Origin: Eledone cirrhosa
Taxonomy: Eukaryota
Direction: 5' to 3'
DNA: 64,000 nucleotides
NCBI GenBank assembly: GCA_964016885.1
Contig: OZ024742.1
Location: forward strand, 40,548,001 to 40,612,000
In this document: positions 27,818 to 38,553 of the stretch, in pieces
Position numbering within the stretch: the stretch's first letter is position 1
How the letters are laid out: each line of letters opens with the position of its first letter
Program-made: the position numbers and the translations under genes
Notes under the pieces: model-generated
The model's database searches: none
Told to the model about the DNA's origin: nothing
Seen by the model: only the letters and a program-made list of their open reading frames with translations

Positions 27818-27880
<63 letters not shown>
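27661..27880 (+). repeat. Short dispersed repeat with (TAA)n end; inverted copy at about 35014-35200
   Basis: AACGTCGCGCCCTTATAATATGTCTCTGTATGTCTGGCTGTCTGCAT...GATACCGTATA(TAA)n. Its reverse complement lies at about 35014-35198, with a partial copy at 35731-35792. Confidence 0.85.
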
Positions 27881-27881
<1 letters not shown>

Positions 27882-29047
27882 GATGAGGGAAGAAGACGCA
27901 CGTGGTGGTAGAAGGTCATGAAATCGCTCCCGTAAGTTTTTGATTTTTAACATATTTAAATCAATTGTGAAATAACAATTCTTAGTACAAATGATGCATA
28001 AACCACCGATTCAAGTCCCATAAAATTTCGGATCCATATTATATTGTTATATCGCTCAAATATTCAATTTTGTATTATATATTTTGTATTCAAAAAAGAA
28101 AATGGTTATAAATGGAAGAAAACACACTCTGTCTACACTATATAGAACAGCCAAATAACAGCAATTTCACCAACACCAGAAACTTGATACACCACCTACC
28201 CCATCACACTAAATATAACAGCCAGATAACGGCAATTTCACCACCACCACCACCACCAATCCCAGCATCATAATAATAATTACTATTATTATTGTCTCAA
28301 GTTTTAACAAAATGTTTAATTCCAATTTTACGGGAATATGTCAACACAATATATATTAAACATACGCAACACAAACTCATAGATACTACATATCACAAAA
28401 CTCAGTAACGCCAACGCCACCGCCGCCACCACTCCATCCATCATTGCTACCACTATCCCATCACCGCCGCCACCACTCCTTCATTGCTACCACCACTATT
28501 CCCCTGTTAACTTAAGAAAGGAAGAAAGGGGAAGGTGACGGTATCACTAGACAAGGGAGAGGCTAGCAAAAGATATAAATAGATTGACTTAGTGACCTGG
28601 CCACCGGCCAAACGTCAACAATCATCAACAACTATGGCACTGCTGGCTCCCCCCTTCCTCACCAACAATATAAAAAAGCCCCAGCACCACCACCGACATA
28701 GCCAACAACAATAACAGGCAACTTCAGCAAAAAGTATATTATATTATTGTAATGCACTGGGTGATTGCTGGCCTTGTGCCTGGAGTGGAGACAGTTATTA
28801 ATAATTTCATTCTTAAGCCACGCAATGCTCACATTAAGGAACCACTCATGATAATAACAATTTAAAAAAAAACAACAAAAAGAAAACCCCGTGACCAAGA
28901 AATACCGGGATGGCGGCCGGCGGGGAATAGCCGTGTCTCTAGGGGAAGAACGACCCCTCTAGTCTTGGTTGACACTCGTTCTAGAAGTGGTAACACGAAA
29001 TGATTACTCCTTGGCGGATAAGGATAAAACGCGACAAAATAAAGTAA

Positions 29048-29518
29048 ATGTCTAATGATAAAATCTCATACCGGATCGGCCGTCACCCGGGTAAAAAAGG
29101 GCCGCGTCCCTCGGAGAGGAACCAGACTGGGGTCGAAAAATCAGCTAATGGTTCAAACCTTCCCATCACTTCGGAGCTGGAGACCTCCCATAACCGGAAT
29201 ACTCCTACTGTTGGCCCTCCATGCTCACCACCAAGAAATCCAAAGAAAAAGAGAGAAAAATGGTCAAGGGAAGATAATAAAGAAATCCTTGAGGCTTTCT
29301 ACACTGCCATGTACTACCCATCAAATACATCGAATACAGAACAGACATATATCAACCGGAAAAAGAAACATCCCGAAAACAGAGGCTATATTGACAGTAA
29401 CAAACTAGCCAATATACGAAGAAATATTGTAAGAAAAAAGTTACTAACTGATATAGAAATTGATCAGATCAAGCTATTAGCACAAAGTCAGCGAAGGGAA
29501 AATGAAACGTGTCAGTGA
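29048..29518 (+). CDS. N-terminal (Myb-like) domain of the R4/Dong protein, out of frame with the RT ORF
   Basis: KKREKWSREDNKEILEAFYTA...LANIRRNIVRKKLLTDIEIDQIK resembles R4-clade N-termini. Overlaps the next ORF in the +1 frame. Confidence 0.65.
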   Translation: MSNDKISYRIGRHPGKKGPRPSERNQTGVEKSANGSNLPITSELETSHNRNTPTVGPPCSPPRNPKKKREKWSREDNKEILEAFYTAMYYPSNTSNTEQTYINRKKKHPENRGYIDSNKLANIRRNIVRKKLLTDIEIDQIKLLAQSQRRENETCQ

Positions 29519-32500
29519 AAACGAGGTAAATTGTAACACTTCGAATCCCAGGGTTGGGGCGGAATCACTGGTAACAGAACAAATTAAAGAAAGGATCGAA
29601 AAAGTGGAGGGAGTGCATGCTCAGGATGAAACTCCAAATGAAAATAATGAGATCGTAAATGATAAAGAAATGAATGAGAATGAACTTGCCAACTTGAAGG
29701 ATGAAATTATGATCGAATGGATGAAAATGAAAGAATCTGACATGGGGCAACGAGACACCCTCCCTAAGATCCAGAACTCCAAACAAAACCAAAAGATAAT
29801 ACACAAGACTAACATAATTCTCAAAAACATTATCATCACAAACAAACTAAACATTACTGATTTAAATCATCTCTATTATGCATCGGTTAAAGTCACCACT
29901 CACTTATGTGGAGTGAAGATGAAAAAACAAAGGAATTCCCACAAGAAATCTACTTGGCAAGAGAACATCAATCGCCAAATAAACCTTCTCCGATCTGACA
30001 TAGAAATTTTAACAAACTATAAAGTAGGTGAACATGTTAAACAAACTAAACTTAGAAAATTGAAAAGAAAGTACAGTATAAAATCAACAAGTGACATAGA
30101 CATGCTGATAGAAATAATCAAGCAAAAAGTGTCGGCCAAAGCTGCTCGTATAAGGCGCTTTGAAAAACGATCTAGATTCTATAAGGACAATAATATGTTC
30201 AAAAACAACCAAAGAAACTTCTACAGAAAAATTGGTAAGTCAACAATAACTGCTAAATCAATACCACCCAAGGAGGAAGTGCAAGAATTCTGGGAAAAGA
30301 TCTGGGCCGAAGAAAAAGTTCATAACATACATGCCCCATGGATAGACAGACAAATGAAAGATACAGCTCACCTTGAGGAACAAATATGGGAAAATATAAC
30401 AGTTGAACAGTTGCGCTTGGCTCTAAGAAAAACCAGCAAATGGAAATCCCCAGGAAAAAACAAAGTACAAAACTTTTGGATAAATGCCTTTACAGAGTCT
30501 CATGAGCTGTTAGCCCAACTTTACAATGAAATAGTTAAGGAGCCAGAAAAGATACCATCATGGCTAGTTAACGGCATTACATTCCTGCTTCCGAAGAATG
30601 ATGAGACAAACAATCCCAAAAATTACAGACCGATAACTTGCTTGACCACAATGTATAAAATTTTAACATCAGTCCTAACTGAATACACATATGACCACCT
30701 GTTAACAAATGACCTATTTCCCATTGAGCAGAACGGGTGTAAACGAGGCTCATATGGCTGTAAGGATCAGCTTTTGGTTAACAAAATGATACTGGAAGAT
30801 TGTCATAATAGACACAAAAATCTATCGATTGCTTGGATAGATTATAAAAAAGCATTCGATAGTTTGCCACACAGTTGGATTGAAAAATGTTTAGAGATTT
30901 TCAAAATATCCCCCGTTGTCAGGAGGTTTTTGTCATTCAGTATGAAGACATGGAAAACTACACTCCTTTTGAATAGTGAAACAAAATCACTGGAAGCTGG
31001 AGAAGTTAATATTAATTGTGGAATTTTTCAGGGTGACTCTTTATCACCGCTTTTATTCTGCATCGCACTTATACCATTAAGTAAAATGCTCAATGAAACA
31101 AAACATGGATATAAAGTCTATGACAAAACCATTAATCACTTGTTCTACATGGATGACCTGAAACTATTTGCAAAAAATGATGAACAATTGCAAGGGCTAT
31201 TATCCACTGTGGAGCAGTTCAGTGATGACATTAAAATGGAGTTTGGACTAGATAAATGCGCCAAAGCAACGTTCACCAGAGGAAAGCTGCTGAAGAGTTC
31301 AGACATTAATCTTGATCGGGGGAACGTGATAAGAGAACTTGATCAAGAAAAAACTTACAAATATCTAGGTGTTTGTGAAGGAGACGGAATCAAACACTCG
31401 ACAATGAGGGAAAGGATAAGGAAGGAATGTTACCGCAGAGTAAGAGCAATCTTAAGAACGGAATTGAATGCAAGGAATAGGATCGATGCCATAAACACGC
31501 TTGCCATACCAGTAGTAACCTACAGTTACAATGTCATCAGCTGGTCAAGCACAGAGATCCGTAGGCTCGATACAAAAATTCGAAAATTCTTAAACATGCA
31601 CAGAATGCATCACCCTAAGGCAGATATAGATAGAATATATCTCCCTAGGAAAGAAGGAGGACGTGGGTTAATCCAGTTAGACATTGCGTTGAAAACTGTA
31701 ACAATTGGATTATCTACATATCTAAGGGAATCACATGATTGGATGATCAAACTCGTTTTGAAACACGAAAGCATCAAAAGATCATATTCCATTACAAAAG
31801 ATGCACAAAGATACAGTAATGGACTACAAATTTCAGAAGTCCCATTTACTGCTGAAATGGAAAACACAGAAAAGGCAAAGCAGGTAAAAGTAACTGCAAA
31901 GAAAGAACTGCTACAGAAACTGGCTAAGAAATGGCAAGAAAAGCCTCTGTATGGAAAATACCCAGAGCGAGCTAACAATCCTGATGTTGACAAAACTTTA
32001 ACCCATCAGTGGTTGGCATCCTCTGGACTGAAATCGGAGACTGAAGGACTGATTATATCAGCACAAGATCAGTGTCTGCCAACAAAAAATTACCAAGCCA
32101 ACATAATAAAAAATGGACGCAGCCCATTATGCCGTGTATGCAAAAAACAACCAGAGACCATTGACCATATAATTTCAATGTGCAGTCCTATAGCTCCAAC
32201 CGAATACCTAAACAGGCATGACAGAGCTGCACAATACATACATTGGATAATGTGTAAGCATTTTGACCTGCCCCATCAAAAGAATTGGTGGGAGCATCAA
32301 CCACCTCCCATACTTGAAAAAGATCACATCTCAATCTTGTGGAACTTTAGCATCCAAACAGACCGAAAAATAGATGCAAACAGACCTGATATAATATTGA
32401 AAGACTTTCAAAAGAAGGTATGCCTGCTAATTGATATGTCTGTTCCAATAGACAAGAATGTATCTATAAAAACATTTGAAAAATTGAGCAAGTATAAGGA

Positions 32501-32696
32501 CCTGGAGATAGAAATTGGAAAAATGTGGAAATTGAGAACTAAAACAATACCAGTGGTTGTAGGCGCTCTGGGAATGATACCTAAGGGGGCTAATGATTAC
32601 TTATCGCAAATCCCAGGAAACCCGCGTGTAGGAGAAATACAAAAGATAGTACTAATGGGAACTGCCCATATACTAAGGAAGATTCTGTCAATATAA
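29502..32696 (+). CDS. Reverse transcriptase / CCHC / restriction-like endonuclease polyprotein (1064 aa)
   Basis: WKSPG, NYRPITCL, EQNGC, WIDYKKAFDS, GIFQGDSLSPLLF, HLFYMDDLKL, YKYLG, CRVCKKQPETIDHIISMC, RHD, NRPDIILKD..LIDMSVP, KLSKYKDL. Confidence 0.95.
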   Translation: MKRVSENEVNCNTSNPRVGAESLVTEQIKERIEKVEGVHAQDETPNENNEIVNDKEMNENELANLKDEIMIEWMKMKESDMGQRDTLPKIQNSKQNQKIIHKTNIILKNIIITNKLNITDLNHLYYASVKVTTHLCGVKMKKQRNSHKKSTWQENINRQINLLRSDIEILTNYKVGEHVKQTKLRKLKRKYSIKSTSDIDMLIEIIKQKVSAKAARIRRFEKRSRFYKDNNMFKNNQRNFYRKIGKSTITAKSIPPKEEVQEFWEKIWAEEKVHNIHAPWIDRQMKDTAHLEEQIWENITVEQLRLALRKTSKWKSPGKNKVQNFWINAFTESHELLAQLYNEIVKEPEKIPSWLVNGITFLLPKNDETNNPKNYRPITCLTTMYKILTSVLTEYTYDHLLTNDLFPIEQNGCKRGSYGCKDQLLVNKMILEDCHNRHKNLSIAWIDYKKAFDSLPHSWIEKCLEIFKISPVVRRFLSFSMKTWKTTLLLNSETKSLEAGEVNINCGIFQGDSLSPLLFCIALIPLSKMLNETKHGYKVYDKTINHLFYMDDLKLFAKNDEQLQGLLSTVEQFSDDIKMEFGLDKCAKATFTRGKLLKSSDINLDRGNVIRELDQEKTYKYLGVCEGDGIKHSTMRERIRKECYRRVRAILRTELNARNRIDAINTLAIPVVTYSYNVISWSSTEIRRLDTKIRKFLNMHRMHHPKADIDRIYLPRKEGGRGLIQLDIALKTVTIGLSTYLRESHDWMIKLVLKHESIKRSYSITKDAQRYSNGLQISEVPFTAEMENTEKAKQVKVTAKKELLQKLAKKWQEKPLYGKYPERANNPDVDKTLTHQWLASSGLKSETEGLIISAQDQCLPTKNYQANIIKNGRSPLCRVCKKQPETIDHIISMCSPIAPTEYLNRHDRAAQYIHWIMCKHFDLPHQKNWWEHQPPPILEKDHISILWNFSIQTDRKIDANRPDIILKDFQKKVCLLIDMSVPIDKNVSIKTFEKLSKYKDLEIEIGKMWKLRTKTIPVVVGALGMIPKGANDYLSQIPGNPRVGEIQKIVLMGTAHILRKILSI

Positions 32697-32839
32697 GTAC
32701 ATCACAAGTCTAAACACTAAAGATGCATGTGTGAATATGTATGTTCTTTCTTGAACATGGCGGACCTTGTTGTCTCTTGAGGTCACTGGTTGTGACTTGG
32801 TGATAACTCGTATGAACATAAAGCAAGATAAATGCAACT

Positions 32840-32906
<67 letters not shown>

Positions 32907-32919
32907 GAAGAAGAAGAAG

Positions 32920-34183
32920 AAGTATTTGGGCGTTCTGGAGGCTGATGACATCAAGAACAAAAAAATGAAGGAATTGATAAGAACTGAATACCTTCGGAGA
33001 GTAAGGAGCGTATTAAAGTCACATCTGAACAGTAGGAATGCCATAAGTGCAGTAAATTCCCGAGCTGTGTCTATTATTAGGTACAGTGCGGGAATTCTGA
33101 GATGGAATGTTGCTGAACAAAAAGAAATGGATAGGAAGACTAGGAAGCTATTGACTATCTACAATATGTTCCACAAGAGGAGTGATGTCGATAGACTCTA
33201 CTTAAGGAGATCTGAAGGTGGAAGAGGTCTTATCAGCATAGAGGACTGTGTTCAGATGGAGAAAAACAACCTACACAAATACGTGACTGATAGTAAGGAG
33301 CCAATGCTCAGAACTGTACTGAAGGAGGGGACAATAGGCCAGGGGATGTCCAAGGAGGAAATAACATCAAGGAGAAAGAGCAGCCTTCAGGAAAAATCCC
33401 TTCATAGTACCTTCTTTGAGAAAACTGAATTTAGAGATCCACAGACATGGAACTGGTTGAAAAGAGGAGACCTTAAAAAGGCTACAGAAGGAATGTTAAT
33501 GGCTGCGCAGGAGCAGGCCCTCAAATCGAAGTGGTTGAAACACCACATTTACAAGGAGGAGGCTAGCCCACTGTGCAGGATCTGTGGAGAGAGAGAGGAG
33601 ACTGTGGCTCACATTGTATCCGAGTGTAAACACCTAGCCCAGACTCACTATAAGGGCTGGAGACATGATGTGATGGGCAGGGTGATCCACTGGCACCTAT
33701 TCAAAGTAAACAATTTACCACATTCTGAGAAGTGGTATGAGCATAAGCCAGAGGCGGTGATAGAAAACGATCAGGGGAAGGTGCTGTGGGATTTTAGGAT
33801 ACATACGGACAAGAAACTGGAACACAATAGACCTGACCTGGATGTGGCCTGCCCATTCGACACGAGAGTGCAAGAGAAGGAGAGGGAGAAAATTAACCGA
33901 TAACAGGACTTAAAGTGGGAGGTAAAAAGGATTTGGAACTGCCATGAAGTCAAAGTGATCCCGATTGTCATAGGCGCACTAGGGACTATCTCAAAAAGTT
34001 TCCAGGGATGGTTAAAGAAAATTGGCCCCTTCACGCTTTTTGGAACGCTTCAAAAGGCATGCTTGCTGGGAACAGCAAGAACCCTCCGATACGTCCTGAA
34101 TATCTGAGGCTGCAGGTAGTGGCTTGATATTCATTTCAACAAACTTTCCAGTTAACTAACATCAATGACTGAGACTCAAAGAG
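32920..34183 (+). pseudogene. Second, 5'-truncated R4/Dong-like element of a different family
   Basis: Starts at KYLGV; contains CRICGEREETVAHIVSEC, RHD, NRPD, a stop at 33901, then DLKWEVKRIW..VIPIVIGALG..LQKACLLGTARTLR. Ends in (TAA)n. Confidence 0.9.
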
Positions 34184-34471
34184 TAATAACAATAATAATA
34201 ATAATAGTTATACTTATATATAATATATATATATAATATTAAAATAATGAAAAGAATTGAAATAATCGGATTCGGAGAAACAGTCCTTTTTGAGGGATCT
34301 CTTGATAATTTTTATCAACCTCACAGCGATGATGCACTTCTAAAGTGCATATTACTGTAAATGGATTTAGCGAAACAGAGTCGGGATTTTGAAGAAAAAA
34401 TAGGTATATTTTTGTCTATTATTTCCTCGTCTTTTTTATTTGATATATATTTATATATGTATATATATATA

Positions 34472-35795
34472 CTAGCAGAATGGCCTGGCGTTGCTCGGGA
34501 TTCTAAACATAGATTGGCATGTTTATTTTACTTATAAAGCATTATAGCAAGAATATAAATAATTGTTTCTACTTTTGGCACAAGACCAGCAATTATCCAA
34601 TACATTACTGGTACTTTATTTTATCGACCCCGTAAGGATGAAAGGCAAAGTCAACCTCGGCGGGATTTGAACTCAGATCGTAAAGGGACGTAACTATGCT
34701 GGAAAGCATGGCGTCCGACCCTCTACCGATACTGCCAATCCACCGCCCTTAGCAGAGAATATGCAATAAATGTAAGACAATTGTATAGTGAGAGTATACA
34801 TATAGGTGTTATATGTTATAAGTATTATAAGATATATTAGTTATAGGCGAAAAGATTTAGGTGAAAAGTTTTATAATGTTAGTCATAAAGTTTATGTAGA
34901 AAATGGTAATATCTATAGTTGTGAAGTGTTATTTCTGCTCTGTAGTATATCTGATATTTTACATTGAGCTAATAATCTTATGAGTAATCGGGTAAAACAC
35001 AATAAGTATAACTATTATTATTATTATTATTATTATTATATACGGTATCTTTGCACTGAATTAATTAAAATTGGTTAGAAGCGAAGTCAATGCACACAGG
35101 CAGCCAGACAGACAGATATTATACGCGTGTGACGTTATAGCTATGTATCTAATGCAGACAGCCAGACATACAGAGACATATTATAAGGGCGCGACGTTAT
35201 AGCTATGTATCTATCTTTTAAAAAAACAGACTAAGAAAAAGAGAGGAATGTCGTATAACCGGAGGTGTTGACATTTGAAAATGTTTCTCGGTTGAGTCCT
35301 CATCTGCTGAAGGCGACGTTCATGATCATCTTCAGACTCTTGCTCTAGTAACATTTGTTCTTCTGGAAAATCTGATCTTGCTGGGACTTTTTGGGTGGCA
35401 TATGGGCAGTAACAATGACGATAAGCTTTGGTGAAATAAATACGTTTGTTTTTATTTTGTTTTTGTGTATGCAAAAATATCTGTACACGAATATATAATT
35501 ATAATAACAGATTAAAGTTTAAGCAAAGAATCGCTGCTTTCACCCTTAAGATGATCTTCTGAAACTAAAACAATCAATCTGTGAACGCAGAAGTAAATAT
35601 TTCGAAAAACGTTGCAACCGAAGGAAAACAGGAAAACGATACTTTGGTTCGTGAAGACGTTCCCTGGTATTGAGCAGAAAATAGCGAAGATAATACGTCA
35701 GCAATGAGAACAATGCTTTCATAATGTCACAATGCAGACAGCCAGACATACAGAGAGATATTATAAGGGCGCGACGTTATAGCTATGTATCTATC
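34472..35795 (-). mobile_element. Probable non-autonomous Helitron
   Basis: Minus-strand 3' end CCCGAGCAACGCCAGG hairpin followed by CATTCTGCTAG then T. Internal ESEDDHERRLQQMR resembles Helitron N-terminal repeats. The 5' boundary is uncertain. Confidence 0.55.
34564..34747 (-). mobile_element. SINE, nearly identical to the 4484 copy
   Basis: TGTTTCTACTTTTGGCACAAG...GATACTGCCAATCCACCGC. Confidence 0.9.
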
Positions 35796-36022
35796 TCTCT
35801 CTTTACGATGGACACATGTGCTGAGCTCGCTCGGTAAGTTTCGTTTAAATTTATCCGGAAATTGTGAACTGTAAACTTTCATTTTTGTACCATTTTGTAG
35901 AGGGACTGCCAGGTCAAATTTTGATCTGGTCAGTCTCTCAAAATATTCTACGCCTTTAGGCGAAATAGTGTTGTAAACATTTTATCTTTCGAAAAATTTC
36001 GAAAAACCCTATTTTGAGAAAA

Positions 36023-37866
36023 ATGGCTGAAGCATCTTCACCAACAATCAAAGAAAGAAAAGGGAAGTCATACTCACAGCTTCCCCCTGCCACTGTCACA
36101 GCAGCAGATGCCAAAGGCAGAGGTCAGCCAGAGGAAGAATTGTCTTCACCTGTTGACCGACAACTTGATGTAGCCACAACTATACAAAAAACTGAAAACA
36201 ACAACAACAACAACGACAACAACAGCAACAATAAAGACAACAAAAACAACAACACAAACGTCACAAGTATCCACACACCAAACGAGAAAGACAACAACAA
36301 CAAAGATGAAAACAACTCAAACGACGAGAAACAAAACAATACAAACACCAACAACGAAAACAAAATATCTTTTGCACAAACGGCTAAATTATCAGTCACT
36401 TATGTGCTTGAAGATATTTCAAAAGCAAAAGAAATGCTGGAAAAAGCCAAAAAATATGTATCTTTTGGCGAAAACGGTTCGTTTTCTATAAATTCACCTC
36501 CAGAACTAAAAAAACAGACGGAATTACGAACTGTCGTATTCCGTACAATTTTAAATAAAACAAAAAAAACTAGCACAACCATCTCAAGCTGAAATTCAGA
36601 AATTCAGTTAGTACTGAAAGAAGCGATGAAAGACATCACTTTCATACAAAAGGATAAACTCTATGGGAGTTTATCCATATTGATGAAAGACGAATTGGCG
36701 GCGAAAAAATACTGTGTCGCCAATTCGTTCCACACACTACACCTTCTTCCCCACCTACATGGGTAAAAAAAAAACAGAGAATATGGATAACCACCACCAC
36801 CCCAAACATAAACTACTGGTGGTTACTAACCGGTTTCCTCAATTTAGACGAGGACAACCTCATTTCAATAGAGAAGGCATCCGGCGACGCGTTCAGTGGA
36901 ACGAGTATCGAAGTTCTGACCCAAATAAGGCCAGAACGTATCGCCCAAATCCCTGAGCGCGTCATGCTGGATGACCGTACCCACCTCAACATTATTGTGG
37001 AGGGTAGGCGTCCCTCCTGTTACCTCTGTGGCAATAGAGGTCACCTGAGGGCTGCCTGTCCCCAGCTCACACAGAAAAAAACACTGCTACCAACACCAAC
37101 ACCACCCCAACAACAACAACAAAAACAACCACAACAACAACAACAACAAAAACCAACAACAACACCACCACCACCACAACAACAACAACAACAAACACGT
37201 GAAAAAACAACCCAGAATACTGTCCCACCCAATCCCTCCCCACCCAAAACAAATACAAAAACACACACACCGCAAACACTACCAGAAAACATACCCCTCC
37301 CACCCAACAAGGAAGACGAACCCCTTTCGTCGCAAGACGAAAAAGATCCCTTCCAACAAGTAAAAAGAAAGAAGAGGAGACGCACCACAGACACACTTGT
37401 TAACTTTAACCCTCCCCAAGAGAACACAAACTACACACAAACCACCCCTCCCTGTCACACAACACTAACTGCTACACAAAAAAAGACTTTACAATATACA
37501 TACATGAACACAGACAACAAAGAACTACTGAAAACAATTTCAGCAAACCCTTCGGTCCAAACTGAAGGGCCTAACTTTATAACTGCTGTGGGACTACCTC
37601 ATTTAAAAATGATTAAAGTCCCAATGAACTTTTACAAAACACTGAAAATAAATTTCACGGAGAACGTGCCCCCCCCCCCCTGCGCCAAACCAATCAACCG
37701 CGTCCTCCTAAAAAATTTCACCCCACCCACCCAGACACCTACTCAACCACAAACACCCGAACCCCACAACACACTGATGCCCCTTCACTTCCACAAACCA
37801 CCACCCCACCCAACAATCCATCCCCAACCACCATGGAAATTGAGCGGCTTGTTTCCCGTAAAATGA
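36023..37866 (+). pseudogene. Gag-like LINE ORF1 (L1/Tx1-like) with a CCHC zinc knuckle, frameshifted, no ORF2
   Basis: MAEASSPT..., N-rich tract, LRTVVFR, TFFPTYMGKK, IPERVMLDDRTHLNIIVEGRRPSCYLCGNRGHLRAACP (CX2CX4HX4C at 37018-37059), P/Q/T-rich tail, basic KRKKRRR. Breaks at A-runs near 36565 and 36770 and near 36715. Confidence 0.7.
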
Positions 37867-37870
37867 GGTA

Positions 37871-37958
37871 TCCTCTTGATAAGTCGGCAGACCTCGCAAG
37901 GACTCTATATCTTTGATATATTGTTTTTGTTTATGCCACGAAACTACGTAGTCGAGGA
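37871..37958 (+). ncRNA. Type I hammerhead ribozyme motif, U3-A8 variant (copy 1)
   Basis: TCCTC-TTGATAA-GTCGGCA...TGCCAC-GAAA-CTACGTAG-TC-GAGGA; GUC site after 37953. Confidence 0.75.
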
Positions 37959-38465
37959 ATTTAGGAGCAGTTTAGGTATGATACATTTTATTACTAATTA
38001 TATCTAAATGTTTCTTCTCTCTTCATAATGTATTTTTAACTCTGATACTGGTTCAGTCTAGTTCAACTGAATTGGTCTGTCCCAGTCATTCATTGAGCAA
38101 CATCGGTGAAGTTGGCACCCTTAACTCACAGTTGGGTGCGGATGCATTCATGTATATATGTGTGTGTGTCCGCATGTATCTGTGTGTTTCTAAATATATT
38201 GTTAATAACTCCCTCTGGTCGAGCAACCTTTGAAGTGTGGGGACAGCTGGAAAGCTTCCATTACTCATACTTCTCGCCTTCTTCACCACCTCTTCTACGG
38301 CCTCGATATAAATACCCCCTCCGCCTCCGTGGTATTTTCTTCGGGGTTATAAGAGGCTTAGCTCTGTTTCTCGACCATTATATCGCGTGACTATCTCCCC
38401 CTCCGCCTTTTGGGATTCTTTCTCACGTCGTGTAGACGCGTTCTTGAGACTAGTAAAATGAGGTA

Positions 38466-38553
38466 TCCTCTTGATAAGTCGGCAGACCTCGCAAGGACTC
38501 TATATCTTTGATATATTGTTTTTGTTTATGCCACGAAACTACGTAGTCGAGGA
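38466..38553 (+). ncRNA. Type I hammerhead ribozyme motif, U3-A8 variant (copy 2)
   Basis: Identical to copy 1; GUC site after 38548. Confidence 0.75.

Larger units (their letters stand above)
28885..32840 (+). mobile_element. Near full-length R4/Dong-like site-specific non-LTR retrotransposon
   Basis: GC-rich leader, N-terminal ORF, RT plus CCHC plus restriction-like endonuclease ORF, short 3' UTR, then (TAA)n at 32841-32905. The 5' boundary is approximate. Confidence 0.88.
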
